In this document: positions 8,088-17,265 of the stretch, in pieces
Numbering within the stretch: position 1 is the first letter of the stretch
Layout of the letters: each line of letters begins with the position of its first letter
Origin: a virus
Taxonomy: Duplodnaviria > Caudoviricetes
Virus record (IMG/VR): IMGVR_UViG_3300048895_000049
Location: 1 to 61,310 of that record
Length of the DNA stretch: 61,310 bases
Direction: 5' to 3' (one strand)
Made by a program: the position numbers and the translations under genes
Notes under the pieces: model-generated
The model's database searches: none
Seen by the model: only the letters and a program-made list of their open reading frames with translations
Told to the model about the DNA's origin: nothing

Positions 8088-8165
8088 ATGCGCGCCACGA
8101 TCACGCTCCTGCTCTCGACGCTGGCCCTGATCGCGGTCGTCATAGCCATGAGAATGACCACCTAG
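8088..8165 (+). CDS. 25-aa hydrophobic peptide MRATITLLLSTLALIAVVIAMRMTT
   Basis: GAGG SD; single TM; its stop overlaps the SD of the next gene. Confidence 0.5.
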   Translation: MRATITLLLSTLALIAVVIAMRMTT

Positions 8166-8175
8166 GAGCTAGACC

Positions 8176-8379
8176 GTGCCGCCTGCGACCTCCAGCCAGA
8201 TCAAGACGCGCATCGGCGACATGGGCTACCCGACCGAGGTGTGGGTGGTCCGCACGCTCAGCCGCTTCCCCATCGAGACCGTGTGTTTCTTCGACCGGGC
8301 CAAGGCCAAGGCGTTCGCCGACGAGCAGCCAGACGTGCGCCAGTTGAAGCCCACCCCGATCCGGGTGGTCGACGCGTGA
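8176..8379 (+). CDS. Hypothetical protein
   Basis: AGGAG SD, GTG start. Confidence 0.65.
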   Translation: MPPATSSQIKTRIGDMGYPTEVWVVRTLSRFPIETVCFFDRAKAKAFADEQPDVRQLKPTPIRVVDA

Positions 8380-8603
8380 GCGAGCCCGACGCCATCAACA
8401 TCGTCGTGGCCACGCTGCAGGCCGAGTTCCGGCGCACCCGCACCAAGCTGAACGGTGCGGCCAAGCGGCGCACCTATGCCGTCAGTCAGGAGGCCATCGA
8501 GGCGAACCTGATGGCCGAGCATCAGGCCGACCTCGACATGCTGGCCGACGCCATCATCTCCAGCGGCGGCGACCTGCCGGGCAACGAGGATGAGACGCCC
8601 TGA
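8376..8603 (+). CDS. Hypothetical protein
   Basis: GTGA overlap, MSEPDAIN. Confidence 0.65.
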   Translation: MSEPDAINIVVATLQAEFRRTRTKLNGAAKRRTYAVSQEAIEANLMAEHQADLDMLADAIISSGGDLPGNEDETP

Positions 8604-9016
8604 TGCCGAACACCACCCGCTACGCCGAGCGCACGACCGTCTCCGCTGGCCAGAGCCAGAACGAGGTGAAGAACCTGCTGCGCCGGTTCGGAGCCAGCCA
8701 GATCGCCGTCTACGAGGACGAGATCAAGTCGGCGGTGGCCTTCCGCATGGAGGACCGGCTCTACCGCATCACCGTGCCCATCCCCACCGGCAAGAACCCC
8801 CGGCAGGAGGAGCGCCGGGCGTGGCGGCTGTTGCTGCTGCTCATCAAGGCCAAGCTGGAGGCGGTGCGCGAGGGCGCGACCACCTTCGAGCGCGAGTTCC
8901 TCGCCGACATGCTCACACCGGACGGCAGCACCGTCTACGAGTGGACCCAGAGCCCTCTGCGGCTGGCCTACGAGACCGGCCAGATGCCAGACCAGTTGAT
9001 GATCACCGGCCGGTGA
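8603..9016 (+). CDS. Conserved phage hypothetical protein
   Basis: YAERTTVS...QEERRAWR...IKAKLEAV..FEREFL pattern. Confidence 0.75.
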   Translation: MPNTTRYAERTTVSAGQSQNEVKNLLRRFGASQIAVYEDEIKSAVAFRMEDRLYRITVPIPTGKNPRQEERRAWRLLLLLIKAKLEAVREGATTFEREFLADMLTPDGSTVYEWTQSPLRLAYETGQMPDQLMITGR

Positions 9017-9282
9017 TGCGCCGCCACGTCCCGCTGGACCTGAACCCGTCCGTCGTTCGGCGCATCGAGAACGGCAAATACTGGCTGTTCGACATGGAGT
9101 GCCCGACCGAGGTGATGGCCGCCTACGAGCGGTCGTGGGCGCGGCGTGGCAACATGCTGCAGATGGACGGCGACATGCTGGTCAGCTGGGTCATCGAGCA
9201 GAGCTTGACCAAGGGCGATTTCGAGATGGTAGGGCTGCTGCGCGATGCTCTGGAGCGACTTGGATGGCGACCACACGACTAA
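9016..9282 (+). CDS. Hypothetical protein
   Basis: TGATG coupling. Confidence 0.6.
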   Translation: MRRHVPLDLNPSVVRRIENGKYWLFDMECPTEVMAAYERSWARRGNMLQMDGDMLVSWVIEQSLTKGDFEMVGLLRDALERLGWRPHD

Positions 9283-9512
9283 GGCTCAACGACCCGCAGC
9301 GCAGGCTGCTGCCGCTGCACTCCGAGTTCAACGCCGCCGACATGACCGCGACCCTGTTCGGCCTGCCCCTGACACACAGTGAAGCTTTGTCCTACAGCGC
9401 CCTGCAGGCCGGGTGCGCGACCGATCACCAGCGTGATCTGCTCAAGGCGTGGCTGGTCAAGATGACCCTGTTGCATGGCACGTGGGTGTCCGACCTGATC
9501 GGCATGGACTGA
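9264..9512 (+). CDS. Hypothetical protein
   Basis: GGAG SD, MATTRLRL. Confidence 0.55.
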   Translation: MATTRLRLNDPQRRLLPLHSEFNAADMTATLFGLPLTHSEALSYSALQAGCATDHQRDLLKAWLVKMTLLHGTWVSDLIGMD

Positions 9513-9532
9513 AATCAGCACGCGTTTTGAGC

Positions 9533-9561
9533 TTGACATGCACCTAACAATGTCGTATACT
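9533..9561 (+). promoter_or_regulatory. Sigma70-type promoter P1
   Basis: TTGACA-17 nt-TATACT. Confidence 0.85.
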
Positions 9562-9604
9562 GGTGTACTGTTGGTAGATCGTCTTCCAGCAGCCCCCACC
9601 AGCC

Positions 9605-9622
9605 AATTGCTTCCGAGCAATT
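9605..9622. promoter_or_regulatory. Palindromic operator-like site 3
   Basis: AATTGCT-tccg-AGCAATT. Confidence 0.75.
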
Positions 9623-9647
9623 AGCCTTTCCCGAAGGACCTCCACCC

Positions 9648-9830
9648 ATGTCTGACCCGACCTTCCCCATCCTGTGCCTCATCGGCATCATGCTCGTCAC
9701 CGGCCTGCTCGTTGGCTACGCCGTCTTCGGCGTGGGCATCACCGCCTTCGAGCAGGCCAAGCGTCTCCCGGCCAGCGTGCTGGTGGTGCTGGGCATCGGT
9801 CTGCTGGTTGCCGTGGCGATGGTCTCGTGA
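9648..9830 (+). CDS. Small two-TM membrane protein
   Basis: AAGGA SD; two hydrophobic segments. Confidence 0.7.
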   Translation: MSDPTFPILCLIGIMLVTGLLVGYAVFGVGITAFEQAKRLPASVLVVLGIGLLVAVAMVS

Positions 9831-10093
9831 GCGTCCTCGACACGCCTATGGTCGTCTGGGACGGCGAGATGGACATGACCGTGTGGCCCACCCACTACTG
9901 GCGTGCTGACGGCGAGTTGAAGCCGACCGGCATGGCCCGCTACAAGCTGGGCGATACCGTGCAGATGAAGTGGCGCGGCGCTGGCCCGGTCACCATCGTC
10001 GGCCTGCGCACCTACCAGTACCGCTGGCACAAGCCCGACGTACAATACGTCCTCAGTGACGGCCGCCGCGCCTTCGACAACGAGGTGTTCTGA
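9827..10093 (+). CDS. Hypothetical protein
   Basis: GTGA overlap. Confidence 0.6.
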   Translation: MSVLDTPMVVWDGEMDMTVWPTHYWRADGELKPTGMARYKLGDTVQMKWRGAGPVTIVGLRTYQYRWHKPDVQYVLSDGRRAFDNEVF

Positions 10094-10416
10094 TGACCGA
10101 GATCACCAAGCCCTTCCTGCCGACCGTCAATCAGGCGGCGGTCAACCGCAACCCGGAACACTGGCCTGCCCAGATCACCGGGTTCCTTGAGGTCGGCTAC
10201 GGCGGCGAGAAGACCCGCGAGACCGAGGAGCGCAAGCGCTCGCCGCAGGGGGACGAGAAGGCCCCGCCGTCCTACTGCATGAAGCTGACGGTGGCATGGT
10301 GCGAGAAGATCGACGCCCACATCGCCGACTACTTCATCCTGCCCCGGGGGTCGTTCCGCGACAGCGCGGTCGATCGTTCGGCCAAGGACCTGCCCGCGAA
10401 GGGGAGCAAGGCATGA
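10093..10416 (+). CDS. Hypothetical protein
   Basis: TGATG coupling. Confidence 0.65.
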   Translation: MTEITKPFLPTVNQAAVNRNPEHWPAQITGFLEVGYGGEKTRETEERKRSPQGDEKAPPSYCMKLTVAWCEKIDAHIADYFILPRGSFRDSAVDRSAKDLPAKGSKA

Positions 10417-10493
10417 TCGACGCAGGGTGGGTCTACATGATCGGCCTCATGCTGCTGGTCGTGGTCGCCTCTGTCTGCTGGGATCGGCCATGA
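10413..10493 (+). CDS. 26-aa membrane peptide MIDAGWVYMIGLMLLVVVASVCWDRP
   Basis: Coupled on both sides, GGAG SD. Confidence 0.55.
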   Translation: MIDAGWVYMIGLMLLVVVASVCWDRP

Positions 10494-10933
10494 TCTCGGC
10501 CGACGAGCAGATGGCGTGGGTCGAGGGGATCACCGGAGAGTTCTCCCTGACCACTCGGTTCGGCAAGTTCACCGAGATCGTCGGGCTGGAGATCAAGCAG
10601 ATCAACATGACCGGGCACCGGAAAGGAGAAAGCTTGGCCATATGGTTCACGGATGGCAGGTTCCTGTCGATCAGCGACCAAGGCCAGTCGTGCTGCGAGA
10701 CCCGCTACCTGACCTGCGACGACGACCTGACCGGCCACGAGGGCGGCCACCTGTTGTTCGTCGACAAGCACGCCTCGGGTCCTGAAATACAGCGGGACCC
10801 GGAGCAGTACGGCCAGCACGATACGGCTTTCGTGAAGGTGCAGACCACCAAGGGCAGCTTCACGATCTGCACCCACAATGAGCACAGTGGGTACTACGGC
10901 GGGTTCGCTCTGACTATTGAACTCGTGGCTTGA
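10490..10933 (+). CDS. Conserved phage hypothetical protein
   Basis: QSCCE...NEHSGYYGG motif. Confidence 0.75.
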   Translation: MISADEQMAWVEGITGEFSLTTRFGKFTEIVGLEIKQINMTGHRKGESLAIWFTDGRFLSISDQGQSCCETRYLTCDDDLTGHEGGHLLFVDKHASGPEIQRDPEQYGQHDTAFVKVQTTKGSFTICTHNEHSGYYGGFALTIELVA

Positions 10934-10943
10934 ACATCAACCC

Positions 10944-10961
10944 AATTGCTACAAAGCAATA
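10944..10961. promoter_or_regulatory. Palindromic operator-like site 4
   Basis: AATTGCT-acaa-AGCAATA. Confidence 0.7.
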
Positions 10962-10982
10962 ACCAGCGAAGGGACTAGACTA

Positions 10983-12614
10983 ATGGATTACTGGATCATC
11001 CAATCCTACTGGAACAAGAAAGAACGCAGCCCGCTGAGCAATCTGTTCGTCTCGTCATTTCAGGCGCAGACGTTCGCCGACAACATCCACTCGACGGCGG
11101 GCTACACCTACTCCGTCCGCCCGGCCACATGGCAGGAGCGCGAGGAGCGCATGTTCCTAGCCGGTATCTACGAGCACCCGGTGTGGGCTGACGAGGCGTG
11201 GTGGATCAACGTCGCCCACTATTTCAAGGACTTCTTCATCCACATCTCGCAGCGCGACCCGAGCATGGTGGCCTTCACCGAGGACCCTCGGAAGGGCGAA
11301 GCCGACCGGCAGACCCCGACACGTCCGGGCAAGTTCCTGCAGAAGTTCCTCGGCGCTGGCGAGAGCGGGCTGATCGAGCACGGCCCGCTGGTGGGCAGCG
11401 ATCCCAAGGTGACCAAGCACCAGATCGCGTTCTATGCGGCGTGGCATCAGTCCGGGAAGCGGCCGCCGACCGATGACGTGCTGGGCTTCACCGACGACCC
11501 GGACATGATCGTCCGTGTGTACGAGGACGGCCCGGACAGCTGCATGATGGGCAAGGGCTGGTCCCCCGAGCACCACCCTGTCCGGGTGTACGCCGGGGGC
11601 GGGCTGGAACTGGCCTACATGCTCTCGCATGAGGACCCGAACGACATCATCGGCAGAGCCCTGTGCTGGCCCGACAAGGGCGTGTTCGGCCGGGTCTATC
11701 CGACGCCCAACTCCAACAAGGAGCAGAACCGCTACGACGAACTGATGGGCCGGTTGAAGGCCAAGGGCTGGAGGTCGATCACCGAGGACAGCACGGTGTT
11801 CGAGGGCGCGCTCCTGTCGGTGGTCACCAACCGCTACGGCGAGTACGTCATGCCCTACCTCGACAATGAGTACGGGGTCAGGATGATCCACCGGAACGGT
11901 CAGCAGTGGTGGCAGATGACCCACTCGGAGGACCATCAGGACAACACCGATGGGACGATGAACGGCCACGATCCCGACTGGACCTGCGACGCCTGCGAGG
12001 AAGGGTTCTCGGACGACGACGACAGCTACAGCGTCAACCGGGCGTGGGTCTCCACCGGCCCCAACGGTCAGGGCTATGGCCGGGCCGAGGCGACGTGGTG
12101 CCGCGATTGCTACGACAACGGGGCCTTCTACTGCGACGGGTCGGACGAGCGCTACAATGAGGGCACCACCGACAAGGTCGACGCCGACGACGGCAACACC
12201 TACGAGAAGAACTGGTTCGAGGCCAACGGCGGCTGGTACTGCGAGTACGCCGACGCCTACTACTTCCGCGACGCCGCCGAGCCGATCCTCATGGGCGATG
12301 GCGTGCTGATCCACGAGAGCGAGTTGGCTGACAACGCGTTCCAGTGTCTGGAGACCGGCGTCTGGTGGCCGAACGACTACCAGAGCCATAGCGTGCCGCT
12401 CTACCACCACGCCTTCGACAGCTTGGCCGTTCACCCGGTCGAGATGGAGCGGGTGATCCCTGACCTGCCCGAGGACCACGAGGACGCGGTGGTGTGGGCT
12501 ACGGCCCACGTGCTCCCGTTCGAGCCGATCTACCTGCCGCAGGTGTCCCGACGCAGACACCGCAGGATCATGACCCAGCCCTTGGCGATCCCCGCCATGT
12601 TGGCCGCAGCCTAG
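10983..12614 (+). CDS. Large phage protein with Cys-rich C-terminal repeats
   Basis: GPDSCM..VRVY..GRALCW..FGRVY..MPYLD core plus CxxC repeats. Confidence 0.75.
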   Translation: MDYWIIQSYWNKKERSPLSNLFVSSFQAQTFADNIHSTAGYTYSVRPATWQEREERMFLAGIYEHPVWADEAWWINVAHYFKDFFIHISQRDPSMVAFTEDPRKGEADRQTPTRPGKFLQKFLGAGESGLIEHGPLVGSDPKVTKHQIAFYAAWHQSGKRPPTDDVLGFTDDPDMIVRVYEDGPDSCMMGKGWSPEHHPVRVYAGGGLELAYMLSHEDPNDIIGRALCWPDKGVFGRVYPTPNSNKEQNRYDELMGRLKAKGWRSITEDSTVFEGALLSVVTNRYGEYVMPYLDNEYGVRMIHRNGQQWWQMTHSEDHQDNTDGTMNGHDPDWTCDACEEGFSDDDDSYSVNRAWVSTGPNGQGYGRAEATWCRDCYDNGAFYCDGSDERYNEGTTDKVDADDGNTYEKNWFEANGGWYCEYADAYYFRDAAEPILMGDGVLIHESELADNAFQCLETGVWWPNDYQSHSVPLYHHAFDSLAVHPVEMERVIPDLPEDHEDAVVWATAHVLPFEPIYLPQVSRRRHRRIMTQPLAIPAMLAAA

Positions 12615-12627
12615 AAGGACCCGACCC

Positions 12628-13863
12628 ATGAGCAAGCATCACAAGAGCCAGAAGACCATGCCCGGCAACGAGGAATGGATGGCCCGCAACATCGTCCGCA
12701 GCCAGCCGTCCGTGTTCGCCGCCAAGCCCGACCCGATCGAGGTGCTGCGGGAGATGAAGGCGCGGCAGCACGCCACCATGACCCTCATCGCCCGCGACGA
12801 GGCCAAGGTCCACACCGGCTACGAGAAGGTCTCGATGGCCGCGCTGCGCGAGGACGCCTCCATCCACCTGCTGATGGACATGATGGAGTTCTGCCGTCCG
12901 GGCGGCGGGAAGGACGAGGAGGACTTCATCGACACCTACATCAAGCCCTTCAATCCGACCGAGGACAACTACGGCAACAACATCATCGTCGTCCCGGCGA
13001 CGGATGAGGACTACCCTCGCATCCTCTGGTCCTGCCACACCGACACCGTCCACCGTCAGGGCGGTCGGCAGAGCGTGGTCTTCACTGACGGTATAGCTTG
13101 GACCAGCGACGGCTCGTGCCTTGGGTCGGACGATACCGTGGGCGTGTGGATGGCCATCGAGATGATCAAGGCCAAGGTTCCCGGGACCTACGTCTTCCAC
13201 CGCGACGAGGAGAGCGGCGGCGGTGGCTCTGCATGGCTGGCCAAGAACGCCGAGGCGTTCCTCGGGCAGCATGCCTGCGCCATCGCCCTCGACCGGGCTG
13301 GCTACCGGGACGTGATCACCCACCAAGCGGGCGGGCGGTGCTGCTCCGACGCCTTCGCCAAGACGCTGGCCTCGCTGATGGACGGCGAGTTCAAGCCCTG
13401 CGACGGCGGCGTGTTCACCGACACCGCCAACTACACCGACGCCATCGGAGAATGCACCAACCTGAGCGTCGGCTACTTCCGCCAGCACGGCCCGATGGAG
13501 CACACCAACCTCGGGTTCGCCTCCCGCATGCGGGATGCGCTGATCGCCGCCGACTGGACCAAGCTGGTGTTCGAGCGCAAGCCCGGCGAGGAAGACGAGG
13601 CGTGGGGCTGGGGCGGCAGGTACGACGACAAGTGGGGGACGTATGCCCCTCGCAAGCCCTACAAGCCCGGCAAGCCCTACGGCGAGACGCACGAGGACAA
13701 GATCGCCGACTTGGAGGAGTACATCGACCGCTACCCCTACGTGGTGGCCGAGTACCTGCTGGCGCACGGCGTCACCATCGACGACCTCGACAACTTCGAG
13801 CCCGAGATCGAGGACGAGGTCGAGGGTCTGGATGAGGACGAAGACATCGAGGACGAGCGCTGA
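12628..13863 (+). CDS. M20/M28-family Zn peptidase
   Basis: HTDTVH, GSDD, EESGG, DRAG, SVGY..QH metal-ligand motifs. Confidence 0.85.
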   Translation: MSKHHKSQKTMPGNEEWMARNIVRSQPSVFAAKPDPIEVLREMKARQHATMTLIARDEAKVHTGYEKVSMAALREDASIHLLMDMMEFCRPGGGKDEEDFIDTYIKPFNPTEDNYGNNIIVVPATDEDYPRILWSCHTDTVHRQGGRQSVVFTDGIAWTSDGSCLGSDDTVGVWMAIEMIKAKVPGTYVFHRDEESGGGGSAWLAKNAEAFLGQHACAIALDRAGYRDVITHQAGGRCCSDAFAKTLASLMDGEFKPCDGGVFTDTANYTDAIGECTNLSVGYFRQHGPMEHTNLGFASRMRDALIAADWTKLVFERKPGEEDEAWGWGGRYDDKWGTYAPRKPYKPGKPYGETHEDKIADLEEYIDRYPYVVAEYLLAHGVTIDDLDNFEPEIEDEVEGLDEDEDIEDER

Positions 13864-14210
13864 TGCCCCGGCGCTTCAACAACCCCAAGCCCACGATGTG
13901 GGGCCGGATAGGACATCCGGCCCCGCTCGATCGCAAACTGGTGAGGTGTGCTGGCGTGACGTTCGAGGACCGGCAGACCGGCCAGATGTGGACGCTGCGG
14001 AAGTACGAAGCCTACAGCAACGAGTGGCCAGAGGTGGACGTGTGGACCGTGCGCGACCTGCTCCCGGTCAAGGATCAGGACAAGCGTAACCGTGGCATGG
14101 GCTACGGCAACCAGCGCAAGGTCGAGGAGGCGGACGTGCCTGCGGACGTCCGCGAGTTCGCCTTGTCCACGCTGGTCATGTTCCGGCTGCGGGGGAGGGT
14201 CCACGCATGA
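13863..14210 (+). CDS. Hypothetical protein
   Basis: Coupled ORF. Confidence 0.65.
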   Translation: MPRRFNNPKPTMWGRIGHPAPLDRKLVRCAGVTFEDRQTGQMWTLRKYEAYSNEWPEVDVWTVRDLLPVKDQDKRNRGMGYGNQRKVEEADVPADVREFALSTLVMFRLRGRVHA

Positions 14211-14434
14211 CCAAGCCCAGCGAGTGGTCATTCAGGGAGACGGTGGTTCGTGCCGCCCTCGTTGAGACAGGTGGCCACGAGCTTGTCGATGACGTGCAGG
14301 AGGGATGGGTCAACTGTCGCCGGTGCGGCGGCGGCTGGCACATCAGGATGCGGTCCGAGCAGGCGGACGACTCTGAGAGCGGGTCACGCCTGTGGGGCAA
14401 CCCGCTGGTCTTCGGCCAAGGGTGTCGCCAATGA
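14207..14434 (+). CDS. CxxC small protein, paralog A
   Basis: WSFRE..GH..GWVNCRRC..PLVF. Confidence 0.65.
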   Translation: MTKPSEWSFRETVVRAALVETGGHELVDDVQEGWVNCRRCGGGWHIRMRSEQADDSESGSRLWGNPLVFGQGCRQ

Positions 14435-14658
14435 CCGACTGGACGTTCCGCGAGCAGGTGATCATCTCGATCATCGAGGGAAAGGGGCACATCGCCGTGA
14501 CCGACAACACGAAAGGATGGGTGGTCTGCTCCCGCTGCAACGTCAGTTGGTGGGTCACACGCCGGGCCGAGATGGCGGACACCGACAGGGTGGCCGACAT
14601 GGGCAACCTGAACGCCATCTCGTCCGCCCCTTTGGTGTTCGATGTGTGCGACCCCTAA
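14431..14658 (+). CDS. CxxC small protein, paralog B
   Basis: WTFRE..GH..GWVVCSRC..PLVF. Confidence 0.65.
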   Translation: MTDWTFREQVIISIIEGKGHIAVTDNTKGWVVCSRCNVSWWVTRRAEMADTDRVADMGNLNAISSAPLVFDVCDP

Positions 14659-14678
14659 ACCTAGGACGTGTCCCCCTC

Positions 14679-14707
14679 TTGACATGCCCCTAACACTGTT
14701 GTATACT
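14679..14707 (+). promoter_or_regulatory. Sigma70-type promoter P2
   Basis: TTGACA-17 nt-TATACT. Confidence 0.85.
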
Positions 14708-14755
14708 AGAATACGGTTGGAGATGTCCTCCAGCCGCCACCGCTCCGAAGCAGCC

Positions 14756-14773
14756 AATTGCTTCCGAGCAATT
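14756..14773. promoter_or_regulatory. Palindromic operator-like site 5
   Basis: AATTGCT-tccg-AGCAATT. Confidence 0.75.
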
Positions 14774-14790
14774 AAGTCGAAGGACCTACC

Positions 14791-15819
14791 GTGAACCCCA
14801 AGCTCTTTATCGAAACCGCCGTTGCCCGCATGGACCACCAGCGCACCACCGGCGAGATCATGTCGCCCCTCGTGGTGCTGGCCCAGCCCGGCGTCGGCAA
14901 GACGCAGTCCGTCCGCTACGCCGCCGAGCAGGCTGGCGTGGGCTTCATCCACATCCACGGCCCGACCATGCCCGCCGAGGACTTCGGCGTGCCGGTGCCG
15001 GTCAACGGCTCTCTCGAGTTCGTGCTGCCGCTGAACAAGTTCCCCTTCGAGGGCGACGACACCTTCCCCGAGTTCGGGATCATCGGCGTCGACGAACTGG
15101 CGGGCATGAACAACGACCAGCAGAAGGTCATGGCCAACATGATGCAGGAGCGGGAACTGCACGGCCGCAAGCTCAAGCCCGGCTGGATGTTCATCGCCAC
15201 CGGCAACCGGCAGGAGGACCGCGCCGGGGCCAACCGCATCCTGTCGCACCTCAACGACCGCTACATCACCATCCACTACGAGATGAAGACCGACGACTGG
15301 ATCGAGTGGGCGCTGACGCGTGGCGGCGTGGCTCCCGAGGTCGTGGCCTTCCTGCAGTGGCGGTCGGACCTGCTGGCCCCGACGTTCGATCCGAACATCG
15401 ACAAGAACCCGACGCCCCGGGGCTGGGCCGAGCGCGTCAGCCCGGCCATCAAGACCACGCCCAAGGCGGGCCTCTACGAGGTCATCCGTGGCTCCGTGGG
15501 TGAAGGCGCGGCGGTCGAGTTCATGGCGTTCAACGAGACGTTCATGAGCCTGCCCGACCCGGACCTCGTGCTGGCCAAGCCTGCGACGTTCCACGTCCCC
15601 GACGAGGCGCACATCCTGTACGCCCTGATCGGTGCGCTGATCTCGCGGGTCAACGACCAGACCTTCGAGGCGTTCATCACCTACGTCACCCGGATGCCGC
15701 CCGAGTTCATGGTCATGGCCATGCGCAACGTCATCACCGCCCACGGCCAACTGACCCAGACCGCCGCCTTCACCAAGTGGGCGGGCACGGCCGGGGCCAA
15801 GGCTCTGTTCCAACGGTGA
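14791..15819 (+). CDS. MoxR-like AAA+ ATPase
   Basis: Walker A PGVGKT, Walker B IGVDE, ATGNR..DRAG, TPRGW. Confidence 0.88.
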   Translation: MNPKLFIETAVARMDHQRTTGEIMSPLVVLAQPGVGKTQSVRYAAEQAGVGFIHIHGPTMPAEDFGVPVPVNGSLEFVLPLNKFPFEGDDTFPEFGIIGVDELAGMNNDQQKVMANMMQERELHGRKLKPGWMFIATGNRQEDRAGANRILSHLNDRYITIHYEMKTDDWIEWALTRGGVAPEVVAFLQWRSDLLAPTFDPNIDKNPTPRGWAERVSPAIKTTPKAGLYEVIRGSVGEGAAVEFMAFNETFMSLPDPDLVLAKPATFHVPDEAHILYALIGALISRVNDQTFEAFITYVTRMPPEFMVMAMRNVITAHGQLTQTAAFTKWAGTAGAKALFQR

Positions 15820-16079
15820 CCACGCCTCACCACAAGCTGGTGTGGTGCGACGCCTTGCCGGTCCGCATGCGTCTCCTCGGCTGGTCCGAGGAGGCGTGTC
15901 GGGCGGCAGCCGAGTACGTCCACAAGGTGCGGCGGGTCTACACCGGCGAGGCTTGGAGCTACTTCTCCTACGAGGTGGAGCAGTTCCTCGACAGCGACTT
16001 CCCTCGGTCCGGCCAAACCTTGGTCGCCCGTTTCCCCCGGCGTTACGGCATCGACCGTAACCTCAACATCACCATCTAG
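15816..16079 (+). CDS. Hypothetical protein
   Basis: GTGA overlap. Confidence 0.5.
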   Translation: MTTPHHKLVWCDALPVRMRLLGWSEEACRAAAEYVHKVRRVYTGEAWSYFSYEVEQFLDSDFPRSGQTLVARFPRRYGIDRNLNITI

Positions 16080-16092
16080 AAGGACCACCCCA

Positions 16093-16965
16093 ATGACCGC
16101 TCTCTCCGAACGCGCCATCCTCACCACGCTCAACGTCAGCCAGTGGACCGCCCGCAAGCTCGACCGCGACGAGACGCTGGCCGTCAACCGCAAGCACAGC
16201 CTCGTCATCGAGGCGGCGCGCGTGAACAAGAACCTGCTGCCCACCAAGAGCAACGAACTGCAGACGCTGCAGCAGGTGACCGGCATGATCCGCAAGGACT
16301 TCGACCGCCACACCCTGCCGTGGGGGATCGACGGCATGCGCATCCTCAAGTCCGACTGCTACCTCGACTTCACGCAGGAGGTCCGCCACTGGCGCGACAC
16401 GTGGGAGGTGGCCCGCGACGCGTTCCTCGACGCCTACCCCCGGCTCAAGGACGAGGCGCGGCAGGCGTTGGGCACGCTCTACAACGACAGCGACTACCCC
16501 CGGGGCTCCGACCTCGACCGGCTGTTCCGGTTCGACATCAGGTTCATGCCGATCGCCGACGAGCGCGACTGGCGGATCGACGTGGGCGACGAGGCCCGCC
16601 GCCAACTGGAGCAGGACATCCGTTCCCGGTTGGTCGAGGTCGAGCAGGCGGCGATGACCGAGGCGTGGGAACGCGTGCAGGAGGTGGTCTCCAAGACCGT
16701 CGAGCGGCTGAGCAACCCGGAGGCGATCTTCCGCGACAGCCTCGTGGACAACGCCATCGACCTCTGTGCGATCATGCCCTCGCTCAACATCTCCGACGAC
16801 CCGGACATGGAGAACGTGCGGCAGACCATCGAGCGCACGCTGGCCAAGTTCGCAGGCAACGTCGACGCCCTGCGCCATGACCCGCATGAGCGTGAGGTCG
16901 CCGCCGACCGGCTGGCCGAGGTGATGCGGAAGATGGCAGGCTACATCCCGCAGCGGGCGGCATAG
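16093..16965 (+). CDS. DUF3150-like protein associated with MoxR/VWA
   Basis: LNVSQWTARKLD..TLPW..FRDSLVDN; gene context. Confidence 0.65.
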   Translation: MTALSERAILTTLNVSQWTARKLDRDETLAVNRKHSLVIEAARVNKNLLPTKSNELQTLQQVTGMIRKDFDRHTLPWGIDGMRILKSDCYLDFTQEVRHWRDTWEVARDAFLDAYPRLKDEARQALGTLYNDSDYPRGSDLDRLFRFDIRFMPIADERDWRIDVGDEARRQLEQDIRSRLVEVEQAAMTEAWERVQEVVSKTVERLSNPEAIFRDSLVDNAIDLCAIMPSLNISDDPDMENVRQTIERTLAKFAGNVDALRHDPHEREVAADRLAEVMRKMAGYIPQRAA

Positions 16966-16974
16966 GAGGCGACC

Positions 16975-17265
16975 TTGGACATCGAAGTTATCAGCCTTGC
17001 ATCCGATCCCCAGCCCGACACGTGGACGGTTTACGGGCGGGTCAAGACCGGCCTCGATGCGGCGGGCGTGGTGCAGATGCAGGGTCTGCACCTCGACCGG
17101 GCTCCCACGCTGGAGCAGGCCAACGCCTTCGTCGAGGCCGCCATCGCCAAGCACAAGGAGGGGGCGGTCGAGTGCGTGATCGTCCACCTCAAGAACAGCG
17201 AGGACAAGTACGGCACCCGGCGCGTCCTGCGCAGGGTCTCGGGGGGTAAGGCATGGTGGGAGTAG
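16975..17265 (+). CDS. Hypothetical protein
   Basis: AGGAGG SD, TTG start. Confidence 0.65.
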   Translation: MDIEVISLASDPQPDTWTVYGRVKTGLDAAGVVQMQGLHLDRAPTLEQANAFVEAAIAKHKEGAVECVIVHLKNSEDKYGTRRVLRRVSGGKAWWE

